This document shows, in pieces, positions 35,891-48,927 of a DNA stretch of 64,000 nt (its first letter is position 1; every line of letters begins with the position of its first letter). Made by a program: the position numbers and the translations under genes. Source of the DNA: Callorhinchus milii (taxonomy: Eukaryota); NCBI RefSeq assembly GCF_018977255.1, contig NW_024704743.1, positions 61,506,001 through 61,570,000 of the forward strand, written 5' to 3'. The notes beneath the pieces are model-generated. The model had not been told where the DNA came from and ran no database searches. It worked only from the letters and a program-made list of their open reading frames with translations.

Positions 35891-38202
35891 TTTAAAGCAT
35901 AGATAGAGATCGAGCAGAATACCAAGATTGCAAGCTGGTAGGTTAAGCATTACCCTCTACAAATAGATTTCTAACTTGTTCGATTTCATTGCTATCAGAG
36001 CAATTCCATTAACAAACAACAGTGCTGTCATAAACTATTGTGATGATCTTTCTCTAAACTGTAGCCTCAAATTGCAGCCTATGTTGCTAAAATCTTTGTT
36101 TCCTAAGCTGCAAATCTGCCACTCTGCTTGATTTTCTTTCTTGGCTACATTTTGTTTTTTGGGTCAGGTGGATGTGTGACACATATGGAAACCCATCACC
36201 ATTTTTAAGAGTATTCATAACAAACTGAGGATTTCACAGCTATATGTTACATACACATGGAAAGTACAATGGATCCGGAATGGACAGAAGGATGCTCCCT
36301 GCTTACTTAATCCTGGATGGTATTTGGTGCAGGTTGGTGCCTGTCAAGGCTTCAGGATTCAGAGTGTGTGTTGGGGTACTACTGGAGTTGAACCAGCTAA
36401 AATCACAAAACACTATTTTCAATATCATCTCCTGGTTTACTTATTCTTTTTCAGAACTTCAAGATTTTCTGGAGCTTCCTATTTCTTTCAGTAGTCCCTC
36501 CTACATCGATCATCACTGAAAACTCAAGCATGATGTCAATTAAGCCTATGATTTATTTCATCTTCTCTCCAGTTCTTTAGAACTTCGGAAGTGTCCCATT
36601 TTTTTTTACTGAGCTTTCTAAGTTTTTTTTTTAAATGTCTTCCATAATATACAGCTAACAGTTCTGTTTCCCAACCAGCAGTACTATGGAATTAGTTGTT
36701 TGCCTTCTGACCTAAGAGTTCCTGATCAAAACCCTAGACTGTTTGTTTCAATTGAAATTTCCATCAGTTCTTGGCAGGGATGTCAGATGGAAAGGTTTTC
36801 TATCACAGAGGCAGAGGAAACATTATCTACTATACAAAGCTTAACTTATCACACTGGAAGCAAGCACCTTAACAAAAAATATTAAATGTAAATCAATCAG
36901 GTCTAAATAAAACTTAGTGGTCTATCATTGATAAATTGCATTCATCAATTACAAGCTAAGCATCATCTGATCATTTCTTCATTTATCTTATTCACATTTC
37001 CTCTTTGAAAACCAATTTGCCCTTTACCTAGTTTCTCACTTTGAAAACAGTACTACCTTTGGAGGCACAATTCTTATCCCTGTTCCACTGATCAGTCCTG
37101 ACTGAAACCAAAGAGAAGCCCCAAGAGGGAAGGTGTTTCCTTTGAAGGATAGAAAGGAAAAAATGAGTCAACTATACATCTTATAGTGCACAACTCAACC
37201 CGTTTATTATAAAAAGCCTGAAAATAGCAGGAACTCAGCCGTCCTCTCTGTTTGTGAATGGCAGGAAGATTGACGGAAAGATAGAGCCAAAGCTCTATCT
37301 GAAGGCTTTCCAAAGGTTTGAAAATAATTTACAAAGTTACAGGGAGTGAAAGTTTTAATGTAAAAAAGTGTAGCAGAACTTTATGTAATACTGTAAACTG
37401 TAATAAATACTATAATAAAACATTTTTTTGTTATCTAGTGAAGAACAAGGGCAGTCTGCAATACATTTCTTTTATCTACCTTGTGCTTTTGGCCATTTGC
37501 CACACACTGCTCTCAGCTGGGGGCTGAGCTGTTAGAAAGATCAGAAAGTCTTCTCGTCGGCTTCAGGAACAGCCCTATTTGTCATCCAGTCACTTCACAC
37601 ACACATCAACAGTGATATGGAAACCAGCTTTGCCCTTAGATAAAGAAACAAAAGAAACCATGGCTGTGAAGATTTCCACTTTATTTCATACAGTAGTCTT
37701 CTTTCAAAGGACACAAATACTGGCCATTTATTTCAGCAGTGGAACCTTTAGCAGGAAGTGGAGGGCAATAGGCTATGTGAACATGAAAGTGCTGTGATGC
37801 TAAATCTATTGGATATAATTTTCAGGCCAATGTTGTAACTCATGCAATTTCACATTGATGTGGTTACTGCCTTTATCCATCAGCATCTGGCATTTCCCTT
37901 TGCTATGTTACAAATGGTCAGATAATTTTTAATGGCATCAGATCTTAAGCTTTGTATTTCACAGATGTTGCATTACTCCTTGAAAGCATACCTTGGCTGT
38001 TCTTTCGAAATGTCTGGTCATTTATACTCTTTTTTGTTTTGCAAATGCTGTTGAATTTTCATGTTAATTTGGATGAACATTATATCTGTTTGGTTTAGTA
38101 AATGTTCTGAGCTCTGCTGAATGTAAGATGGTACTGGGATTCTGAACTAGCTCTGATACCACCATAGACTTTATCATCATCATAATAATAACCATTGTAT
38201 TT

Positions 38203-38445
38203 GGAGTCCTGTAGCTCAGTGGGTGGAGCACTAGCCTTGTAAGAGGGGGACCTGGGTTCGATTCCCGGCAGAGCGAAACCTTGGGCAAGTTTTCTTACTC
38301 CACATGCCTGATAATAATCCCTCAAAGAAAACAATAATAAAATTGGTCACTTCACTCCACGACTTTAAAGTATATTCTTTGAAGCGCTTTGAGGCGTCTA
38401 GAAGATGTGAAAAGCGCTATATCAAATGCAAGGATTATTATTGTT
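38203..38445 (+). mobile_element. Young SINE with internal deletion
   Basis: Intact tRNA head (gggttcgattcc B box) and tail; the Deu core is deleted. Confidence 0.88.
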
Positions 38446-39859
38446 GTATTATATATATAGGCCCTTATCACACTGTCAAGACATCTTAAAGCACTTCAAA
38501 AGGATTTTACTGTGAAGTGGAGTGACTTTGTATTTTTAGGTAAACACGACAGCCAATTTGTACACAGCAGAAGTAAGTAACCAATTTTATTTGTGAGATT
38601 GTTAGCCAGGACACCAGAAGAAACTCCTTTCTTTTTGCAAATAGAACCATGGGATCTTTAACGTCCACCCAAAAAACGCCACCTCTGACTGCATTGGAGT
38701 CTTCATCTGGACTGTTTGGTCTGAGACCTGAACTAATTTGCATCCAGCTGAAACAACAGGTCTACATTCCCCAAATCCACACATACCTACCAAGAATCAT
38801 CACTACATCCATGACTGTTCCTCCCAGCACCACCTTACACTTCACTCAGGACATTATCCTGGCCAATGCACTTAAATCGTTTAACAAAAAAGGATTTAAA
38901 ACAAATTTTAAAAAAATGGAAAGGTTAAGGTGCATCTTTGCCTTTGCACTCTTCTTCGCATTAGCTAACAATGCTCATTGATATCAATGATGACAGAGGC
39001 CCACAGATGTAGTGGATTGTCTACTCAGCAGTAATCCGGGTCGGAAGCATAAGTACCCAAATGCCCTTGATTTATTTTAGCTTTTGAAACATATTTTAAA
39101 CTTAACTCAATTTTTGAACTCCTGTCATAGGTTAGAAACCCTACAGTTCTGAGTGATGTATTCCAGTTAATGGAATGAGCCACACTATTTGAGTGAGTTG
39201 GATTTCTTATTAATGAATCCCATTTAGACATACTACAAATTTGACCCCAAATATCACTGCCACAACAGAGAGCTTGATTGGGAGATTAACACACTTGGCA
39301 CATGACATTACAAAATCATGAAAGCCACAAAATGCTAAGGCCAAGGCAGCTGTCAATTATCGATGAATCCAAGGTTAAGTCAATTTATATCACCAAAATG
39401 TTATCATCACCTTATCGCCAATATTGTTGCCATGCAGCAAATGGGAAAGTTTTAAATATTTAAAGCAATTATTTTTCATATTCAGCATCTTCAGTGGAGC
39501 CAATAAATAATTTAATTCCTAAAGTAAATAGGTATAACAGTAATTAAGCCGCTTTCAATTTAGTAGCAGTCGTTAATAGTCTTCAGTGGATTTGGCTGCA
39601 GACTAACAGCCTGCGCATCCAGGGGAAGCAGCTTCAGCTACTCTTCAGGAGGTAAGACTAAAGAGAGCCAAAGAAAACCTTTCTTGCATGCAATTCCCCA
39701 GAGGCAAACTTTGTAAATTAATTAAGTCGTTCACCATACTGACCCTGGATATGAAGGCACCCCATGACTGGGAAACAGGTTAAAACACTAGTATGTCACC
39801 AGTACATAGGAGGAGCTTTGGCCATTTATTCTTAAAATACATAGCCACACTCTTGAACA

Positions 39860-40167
39860 AGAATGTGCAATGAAAGTTGAGGAGTTTTGTAAAGGTACAC
39901 TGTAGATATCATGCATCAAGACAGAACCACAAGAGAATATAGGTTTTGAGTTGTAAAGGGCAATTTCAGGATGTTTTACTTCACTGAGAGGGTAATTAAC
40001 GACTGGAACAAGTTGCCAGGAAAGGCGGCTGAGGTCAGGACACTGAACTTATTTAAAAACCAGTTTGATGCTGTGATGGGAGGTGGGGAACAGTAGTCTG
40101 GGTGTTCTGGAGAGATAAGGTCAGATGGGCCAAAGGACCTTCTTCAACCAAACTAATCTTGTAACCT
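39860..40167 (+). mobile_element. CR1 3' end
   Basis: RTT..YR..VKG.F...YFTERVINDWNKLPGKAAEVRTLNLFKNQFD-like C-terminus and an agatgggccaaaggaccttct tail. Confidence 0.75.
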
Positions 40168-40858
40168 CACACAAAGCCAGTCAGGAACCTGGGTGTCTTG
40201 TTTAACCGTGATCTGTCCTTTCTTCCCCACATCCGCGCCATGACTGGCACTGCCTACCACCACCGCCGCAACATTGCCAGACTCCACCATTGCCTCACCC
40301 CTCAGCCTGCCGAAACCCTTATCCATGCATTCGTCACTTCAAGGCTTAATTACGGAAACTCCCTCCTCATCGGCTTTCCCAACTCTTCCCTTCACAAGCT
40401 GCAGATCATCCAAAACTCTGCAGCTCATGTACTCTCATGCACCAGACTCCGTGACCTCATCACTCCCACCCTCGCCCGACTCAATTGGTTCCCCATCCCT
40501 CAGAAGATCAAATTCAAGATTCTTGTCCTCACTTTCAAGGCCATCCATGGCCTTGCCCCCTCCTACCTCTCTGACCTACTGACTCCCTAACAACCTGCTT
40601 GCTCCCTCTGTTCAGCGGGCTCTGCTCTGGTTTTCAGCCTCTCTGCCCCCACACTCTGGAACTCCATCCCACAATCCCTTTGCCTCGCTTCCTCCCTTGC
40701 CTCCTTCAAGGCCGGTCTCAAGACCCCTCTCTTTAATCTTGCCTTCGGTCGCCCTTCCACCACTCTGCCTTCCCTCACCCCTACACCACCCACCCCCCCC
40801 CCCAGTGCTCGGGCCCCGGTACCTAACAGTTCAGCGTTTTGGGACATCCTCCCGACCT
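40168..40858 (+). mobile_element. L2 3' fragment (same subfamily as 63-1434)
   Basis: ORF 40198..40590 aligns with the C-terminal part of 171..1286. Confidence 0.92.
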
Positions 40859-40871
40859 GATAAATAACATA

Positions 40872-41226
40872 GAGTCCTGTAGCTCAGTGGTTGGAGCACT
40901 CGCCTTGCAAGCAAGAGACCTGGGTTTGATTCCTGGGCAGGGCGAAACGTTGGGCAAGTTTCCTTACTCCACACCGCTCTGTTTACCTAGCAGTAAGTAG
41001 GAACCCGGTTGTTAGTCGATTGGCGGATCACTTTTCCAGGGATAATAATTCCTTCAAAAAATAATAATAATAAATTGGTCACTTCAATCCATACAGCTGT
41101 GCGCAATTGGCTGCAGCATTTTGCCCACAAATATACAGTCAATTCACTTTACAGTATATTCTGTGAGTACTTTGAGACATCGCGAAGGCATGATAAGTCC
41201 CTTTATCAAATGCAAGGATCATCAAT
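40872..41226 (+). mobile_element. Young SINE, long form
   Basis: Head, extra segment 40977-41041 and tail. Confidence 0.9.
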
Positions 41227-42359
41227 ATCCTAATAAGACATTTCTTCCTTATGTAACACAGCAATACTGTGAGCACATTTACCGAGGCGCTCGATCCTCC
41301 GACTTCCTATCCCATGATGTAAACAAAGAGGGATTCCTCACACAGAAGTTGTAAACAAAAGGAATTCTTCACTGCATAAAAGTAGTTTGAATGACAGATC
41401 ATAATATTGCAATGCTAGAGTTTCAATGCTGTTAAAGAAGGAGAAAAATGTAGTGAAGAGCAAAAGAAAGTACTGTATTTTTATACAGTTTAAAGTTTGT
41501 GTTTTTCTTCATTTTGGCTAATATTGATGTGAATAAACTATTTATGGCATTTGAGAACAGTAACTTTGACTGTAATATTAAGGTTTGTTTCAGCATCAAG
41601 TCTGTATTTTAAGTCTAAGTGCAAAAACAGGTCACCAAAGTGTAGCCAATGAATCATTCCAGAGAAATCTATACAGTAATGTGTAGGCACACATGTGTGG
41701 TCGCACAGCATGCAGGGAAAGTCAATGTTCCACCTCAAGTGAATGATCTGTTTGTGTTCCTCTCTCAATTGTTTGTTTAGTGACCTGCACTCCTTTCAAT
41801 CCGGTTGAAAGGTTCCAGTGAGCCTAGGAAGGAACTGTTTGACTGAGACTGGCCCTGGATCATAGAGAAAGCGCTATTATGGTTACATTCTTTTGTTACC
41901 TCCACCCCAAATGTCATTGAAATACATGATGGAACTCCTGCTCTGCTGAGCATAGGACTCTATATGGTAAACAACTTTCAAAAGGAGAATTTAATTCGAG
42001 AAATAAGCTCATCTCTAACTGGCCTCCTACTCCACCAATGTGGTACTTTCATTGACCAGCTGTCTACTGCCTTAACAAGACCCTTTGGCAGCAGTACCTT
42101 TCTGTGAGCATTGAAGTTGAGGAGAAAAAGCAGCAGTTGCCACTCCCAGCAAATTAGCTGATAGTTTTTTTTGCTCCAGGAAAGCATCAAGAGTGAAATC
42201 CACGCCAGATTCCAGAATCCTACTTGAACTGTGAATATGAAGAGGCAGCCACATCAGACTAGTGATGATGAGAGGGTGTGTTTGTGAAGAGAATGACAAG
42301 AAGCAGCACTGAACATCAACTTTATTTCATCCATTCAACCCATAAACCATCTGATATAT

Positions 42360-42678
42360 AATAATAATAATAATAATCCTTGCATTTGATATAGCGCTTT
42401 TCACGTCAGGAGGACGTCCCAAAGCGCTTCACAGAACACACTGTAAAGTGAATTGACTGTATATTTGTGGGCGAACGCGGCAGCCAATTGCGCACAGCAA
42501 TGTCCCACAAACAGTCGTAGATTGAAAATGACCAATTTATTATTGTTTTGGGTTTTGGAGGGATTATTATTAGGCGTGTGGAGTAAGGAAACTTGCCCAA
42601 GGTTTCGCCCTGCCTGGAATTGAACTCAGGTCTCTCGCTTGCAAAGCGAGTGCTCTAACCACTGAGCTACAGGACTCC
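42360..42678 (-). mobile_element. Young SINE, short form, full length
   Basis: Near-identical to the reverse complement of 47761-48080; (TAA)n tail. Confidence 0.95.
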
Positions 42679-43104
42679 ACATATGTGGAAACGTGCAATG
42701 CTTTCATTGAATTACCCACTGAAAAGGTTTCCTTGTTTTCAAAATCTCTTTCTCATTCCGAACCCAGTCAGGCAAGAAAGTTCTAGCTGGTACATTTTGG
42801 CTGATGTACAACCCAGGTTATTTGCTGATATTGACTGACAGCAGTAACTACATATAACCCAAGAGACAGATGGAATCTGGTTGATGGCCAAAGCTGGGAG
42901 GGTGATGGGTTTTAAATAGTGAATTATTGGTTTCCTAACAGAAACCTGCTCCCTGGACGTACAGTAGAATTCCTTCAAACTTTCTTAAGAATAATAATTT
43001 TAAAGCGTTACAACAGTCTGATCATCATACAAACTCCCACCTTCTGTTACCATATTTACTATCACGGATAACAACAGCTCAAACAATTTGAAAGCTGCAA
43101 ATTC

Positions 43105-43725
43105 CTCTTCTCGCCTCCACAACTCAGATACCGACAGCATCACCATCCAAGGATGTACACTCCATCTCGCCGAGCCAGTCTGGAACATTGGCATCTTGTT
43201 TGACACTCAACTGTCCTTTCTACCCCACATCCGTGCCATGACCCGTTCTGCCTTTCCCCACCTCCACAACATCGCCCGGTTCCATCACTGTCTCACACCG
43301 CAGACCCCTGAGACCCTCAAACACTTAATCATAATATCCAGGCTTGACTACACAAACTCCCTGCTTGTCAGTCTCCTTAACTCCTTCCTCCATAGGTTGC
43401 AGATCATCCAGAACTCTGCAGCCCATGTCGTCTCCCGCACCAGGCTCCGCGACCTTATCATCCCCATCCTCGCCCGACTCCACTCGCTTCCCATCGCACA
43501 GAGGATACAGTTCAAGATCCTGGTTCTCACCTCGCATCCTCCCTTAAGACCCATCTCAAGACCCCCATCTTCGACCGTGCCTTTAGCCACCCTCTTTCCC
43601 CCTCTGCCCTCCAGCCTCCCCAATCCCAACCCCCAGCTCTGGTCCAAAACACTGATTGTCCAGCGCCTTGGGACGTTCTCCTGACATGAAAGGCACTATA
43701 CAAATGTAATTTTGTTGTTTTTTGT
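43105..43725 (+). mobile_element. L2 3' fragment with internal deletion
   Basis: ORF 43088..43684 contains [30 protein letters not shown], then jumps to the 3' UTR and tail. Confidence 0.9.
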
Positions 43726-44388
43726 TTTTCTCCCTAATCATAATTCCTTTTCTAAATAATATCAATCATTAAAATTCTCAAAATAGTTCTCCGCCCCATC
43801 ATCTACCATTCCCAGTCTATGTATGCTACATCCCTTGTCTGGTATTGGAGATTTCACAGGCATCTCCATGGAGTCTATCAAATGTTTCCCTTGGGTTGTT
43901 CTGTCAGGCAAGATTTTTTTGTTCATATTCCCTCCCCGTCTCCCTCAGAAGAGCTGTCTGCTAATGGCAAAGTCATCCTCTGGAGAAAGCACGAATGACA
44001 ATTGGCCTCCCCAACTCACATTCAAACTTGGATCTCCTTGTTGAGAGCTCAAACCTCCAGCGTTCCAGCTGCCAGGCTCTTAACTATATCACTTTGATGT
44101 AAAAATGCTTCTGTCATCCTGCAAGGAAAACCGTGCAATCGATGTCAGCCAAGCTAGCTCAGAGCTGACCTTTCACTGGACTTGTTACATCACAGAAAAC
44201 AATGTTTAGAACAGATTTAGCCTTTGCAAAAAAGAAACCACTGCATCTAGAACAGTCTGGAAACATTTCCCTGTCACTGAGCTTGGCTTGGATTGTGCTA
44301 ATCAAGTACAAGAAGTTTTAGCTAACCAGCAATAAGACTGCTGCAACCAGGCTTCTGAAGGAATGGTCTTATAATAAAAATAACGATA

Positions 44389-45436
44389 CAGTAAAACCTC
44401 ACTATTCCGGTCACTCAAGTGACTGGGCCAAAGTGACCTACTTAGTGAGGTGATTAGATTATTGAAACAGGATTACATAGGATGAACATAGTGACCTTTA
44501 AAATTACATAGGATGAAGATTCAACAACCATACTTTGCAATTGTATTAAAATAAAGGCATTGTCGCATTTAAAACAGATCATAGGTTTCATTATTCAAAG
44601 TTCACATGAGAAGTTAAAATCACACAAAATGTTCATTTCTTGAAGAAAAAGTCCAGCATTGTTTGCCTGGCTGCATCAGCATAAGTGAGCGCAGTCTTTG
44701 ATGTTGTAGGCTGCTCTTCCTGTCTCTTCTCCTGTGTCTCTTGTTCCTCAGTGTCCTGGTAGAAACTCCACCGCAGGAGCTCAGGTTAGGTGCTAGGCGC
44801 CGGGCGAAGTCGACTTTCCGCTCGCGCCGCTTCCATGATCCCAACACTCCCCGCACCGTGCATGCTTGACCAGAACCCATTCCACCCACAGGAGCAGCAT
44901 CCAACAAGCATCGCAAGCGGCCTGAGGCCTAGCACACTGTGTACAGGTTATAATAATAATAATCCTTGCATTTGATATAGCGCTTTTCACGTCGGGAGGA
45001 CGTCCCAAAGCGCTTCACAGAACACACTGTAAAGTGAATTGACTGTATATTTGTGGGCGAACGCGGCAGCCAATTGCGCACAGCAATGTCCCACAAACAG
45101 TCGTAGATTGAAAATGACCAATTTAATTATTGTTTTTAGTTTTTTTGGAGGGATTATTATTAGGCGTGTGGAGTAAAGAAAATTGCCCAAGGTTTCACCC
45201 TCTGCCTGGAATTGAACTCAGGTCTCTCACTCAGGTTAGTAGCGGAGGGAGATGTTTGTATCGCAGGAGGGCGCTTGTGGCAGTCGGAACCAATAACCAT
45301 TGACCATGAATAGTAAGGTTCCCAATTTACTGAAGCCTATCTTTTAATATAGACAAAATGAAAGAGACTGTGAAAATGTGCCCACAGTTGTGAGGTGGCT
45401 AAATTACTGAGGTGACCGCAAACCAGGTTTCTACTG
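44389..45436 (-). mobile_element. Internally deleted pogo/Tigger (Tc1-mariner) DNA transposon with nested insertions
   Basis: TA|CAGTAAAACCT (44389) ... AGGTTTCTACTG|TA (45436). Minus-strand 44633-44765 encodes ..ALTYADAARQTMLDFFFKK*. Confidence 0.7.
44951..45231 (-). mobile_element. Young SINE, 5'-truncated, nested in the Tigger element
   Basis: 7-bp TSD CAGGTTA at 44944-44950 and 45232-45238. Confidence 0.93.
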
Positions 45437-45449
45437 TACTTGATTTTGC

Positions 45450-45950
45450 ATGATGCCTATTATATCAAAACATCCCAAAGCACTTCACAAGTAATTGCTG
45501 TCAAGTGTAGTAATTGTGTATATGTAGGCAAATTGCAAAAGCCAGTTTGCATACAGCACAGCCCCACAAACAAACATTCAGCAGGGTGTAAATTTTTAAG
45601 AACTACAGAAAACAGGCTTCAAAGTTATAACTGAGTACTCTGAAATGTTACATTCATAGAGTAAATCTAGACGGGGTGCAATTTTACCTCAAATGAATTG
45701 AATGACCATTTTATCTGGGGCAATATTTGCCAAGACACTCGGAAAAATTCCCTTCTCTTTTTGAATACTATCATGGGATTTTAAACGTCTACCTGAAAAA
45801 TAAGCTGTTCAACAATTCACCTGATGAACAGCAATGCAGTGTTCCCCCAAATTATTAGAGTAGACAAAGAGCTCCAAGTCATGACATGGAGCTTGAATCT
45901 ACAACCTTCAGATCCAGAGACAAAAGTGGCACCACCTGAGCCAAGCTATC
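45450..45950 (-). mobile_element. Old Deu-domain SINE (interrupted)
   Basis: Reverse head ..ccttcagatccagagacaaaagtggcaccacctgagcc at about 45900-45945, with the Deu core upstream. Confidence 0.6.
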
Positions 45951-47024
45951 ACTGTTCAGGGTAACGTGCCTCCCTGGCAGCAGAGTAAGAACATTGAAAA
46001 ACTCAGGATAAAAGAAGACATTTGGAGCATCAAGTCCACTTTTTCCACACAGTCCAAGCATAACTATTGTGGAATGTGCCCATTGTCCTCTGCACTCTTT
46101 CGATCAGCTACTAAAAAGATTTCTCTACCTAATCCTTGAATACAGTACCAGAAAAGTGACCAGTGCAAGCGCATGACCCCGACAGCTGTGTCCTTGCCGC
46201 CGAGCTGAATGATGTTCACAAAGTTAGAGCAAACAGGTTAGTACTGAAGCAAGAACTAATTTCTTCCCACCGAGAGTGATATGATTTTGGAATATGTTGT
46301 CCTATAACCTACAGATAAATCAATGAAAAAATTCAAGAAGACGATAGCTAGATAGTTGGTGATACAGATTGGGAAGACATGGAGGCATGGGTGCACAGGG
46401 CTGTGGTTTAGTGTATGGTGGAGTGGGTGCGCTAAGATGAATGTTCTTCTCCTGTTCTTACATTCCTGTGTGTACATGTATCTGGAGCCGTGCCTTGTTG
46501 AGAGCAGGTGGGACATTTAAACAGCAGCAACAAAAAATGGCATTGTAGAGTTAAAGCCAACTGGCAATATCTCTGTTGGTATTTAAAAATAGAAAATGAG
46601 GAGGTGGATGTATAATTCCCAACCACATCCAATCACTCTACTCCAGTCCCTTCAACGGTATTTAATTATTTAAAGACTACTCTAGGAAGACTGAGGCTAA
46701 GCAATGGGACGTCATGTTTCTGTGCATATCCTCAGCAACCACGACGATGGCCCCATTTGGGAGGCAGCAGAGAGAGCGAGAGATTTTTTTTCTTTGAAAA
46801 CATTTTAGCTTAAAATAACTGGGGGGAAAGGAATGATGGGCTGAAATTCTGGTCAGTGTTTCTCATAGATTCTTTGGTGATGCTTGTCTGGAGATCATAT
46901 TCATCCTAACCAGAATTAAATTGACCCTCACAGGGCACAAAAATAATGAAGGTTTTGTACACCCATCATCCGTCAAATATGTAGATGATTCACTTCTGTT
47001 ATAAAAATAATAATAATTCATGCA

Positions 47025-47480
47025 TTTAGTATAACACTCCATCATATTGAAATATCTCAAAGCACTTCCAAAGGATTCTGTGAATTGTAGAGGCTGTGTA
47101 TTTGTAGGTGCACACAGGAGCCAATTTACAATGTCCCACAAAGAACAACAAAGCAAATGACAATTTTTTTTGAATCAAGTGCAGTGGTGGCCAACCTGTG
47201 ACCCCTGGGCCAGATATAGTCCATGGGGCCATCAGGGAGTAATGGTCTCCCAAAATACTCAATCAAGAAAATGTATTTTGTTGGCCGACCAGAAAGGTTG
47301 ATCTAGGGAATAGATGACCAAGACACAGGGAGAAATTTCTTTTCTCTTTTGAAATAGTGTCACAGGACCTTTAACGCCACCTGAACAGGCAGACGGGACC
47401 TTGGTTTAAGACCCAACATAGGCTTGCATTCATTACTTATGACTGAGAGTGCTACCAAGAGCCAGGCTGACACTAAACCT
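47025..47480 (-). mobile_element. Old Deu-domain SINE interrupted by a degenerate hAT-like insert (about 47182-47305)
   Basis: SINE tail and core at 47025-47170, body and head at 47315-47470. CAGTGGTGGCCAACC at 47182. Confidence 0.6.
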
Positions 47481-47760
47481 GGCAATGAAAGAGTGCTGTG
47501 TAAATCTCTTCAGAAAATGAAAAATAAGAGTTTTCAAAGTTTAGAGTGACAAAATCTGTGGCAAAAGCTCTGGCAGCATAACCGATGTGCTCTCCAAGGT
47601 ACAATCTTCAGTAACTTTATGAGACTTCAGCTCCAAGGAGGCCTCAGGAACAAGCCAAGTTTGATTACTGTACAGGGGCTTATCTGGAAATTCCCTTAGT
47701 GGGGCTTGTGACCTGCCCTTCCCTGTACCTATCTTTCTACAGGTGGCCCAGCGATTACTG

Positions 47761-48080
47761 GAGTCCTGTAGCTCAGTGGTTTGAGCACTCGCTTTGCAAG
47801 CGAGAGACCTGAGTTCAATTCCAGGCAGGGCGAAACCTTGGGCAAGTTTCCTTACTCCACACGCCTAATAATAATCCCTCCAAAACCAAAAACAATAATA
47901 AATTGGTCATTTTCAATCTACGACTGTTTGTGGGACATTGCTGTGTGCAATTGGCTGCCGTGTTCGCCCACAAATATAGTCAATTCACTTTCCAGTGTGT
48001 TCTGTGAAGCGCTTTGGGACGTCCTCCCGGAGTGAAAAGCGCTATATCAAATGCAAGGATTATTATTATTATTATTATTA
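47761..48080 (+). mobile_element. Young SINE, short form, full length (reference copy)
   Basis: A box TAGCTCAGTGG at 47769-47779, anticodon arm ctcgc-TTTGCAA-gcgag (TGC, Ala), B box at 47811-47822, Deu-like core, L2-like tail and (TAT)n. Likely TSD ATTACTG at 47754-47760 / 48077-48083. Confidence 0.95.
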
Positions 48081-48264
48081 CTGTATTGGTGAATGTCACC
48101 CTCTGGGGCAAATTGGAGAACAATGTATGCTGAGGACTGGAATTCAGGCTCATGCCTTAGACACAAAGCTGTAATTCTATTTCCTTCCCTGGTGGTCCCT
48201 TATGGGATTATATAATGATAGTGATGAACAATACCATTTATAATACCATTTACATTTATGTATC

Positions 48265-48545
48265 AGGAGGACATCCCAAAGTGATTGACAATTCTGACTA
48301 GACACCAGAGCTGATGGTAGGAGGGAAGGGAAAGCTAATCTAAAGTATGTTCAAAGGGGTACGTTTTGAGAGATACCTTGAAAGAGGGAGAGAGCCATTC
48401 GGAGGGACCTGGGAATGGAGTTGCAGAGAGCAAGCGTCAAATGGCAGACAGCCCATCCACCAATGCTGGGGTGTAGATCGAGGGACACAGAGTAGGTTAG
48501 TGTTGACCAAGCAAAAGGAATAATCGGACATCCTCAGGCACAAAA
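48265..48545 (-). mobile_element. Degenerate L2 3' end
   Basis: Reverse tail tcaggaggacatcccaaagtg and downstream L2 C-terminal remnants. Confidence 0.6.
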
Positions 48546-48927
48546 TTTCCCTTCATTGACTAGGAATGAGGTTAAACTCATTCTTGATTACTGGACATTT
48601 GGTCCAGATTATTCAAGACTCTATGCATTAATTCAGTTTGATTTCATCTAAAAGCCAGTTTGGCTTTATCTGAAAAGCTGAGTGTCATCTTGTCTCAGTT
48701 GGTATCAAAATCAGAAGGTTGTGGGTTCAAGACCCACCTCGGGACTCTGAAAACATAGACAAGGCTGATACTCTTATTACAGTGCCAGGCAAGCCATCCT
48801 TCTGATGAGACGTTACACTGAAGTTCTGTCTGTTCAGGTGAATGTTTAAACATCCTACTGCACAACTCAAAAGAAATGGGAGTTTCCCCCAGTATCCTGG
48901 CAAATAATCCTCCAAATAAAATTAGTC

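Noticed and set aside
42406..42600. Recurring peptide family ([27 protein letters not shown]) across many ORFs
   Set aside because: These are translations of the non-coding SINE consensus, not a gene family.
47761..47835. tRNA-Ala(TGC)-like cloverleaf, also at 38203, 40872, 42600-42678, 49165-49241 and 52640
   Set aside because: Each continues into a SINE body and tail with no Pol III terminator after the acceptor stem. These are SINE heads, not tRNA genes.
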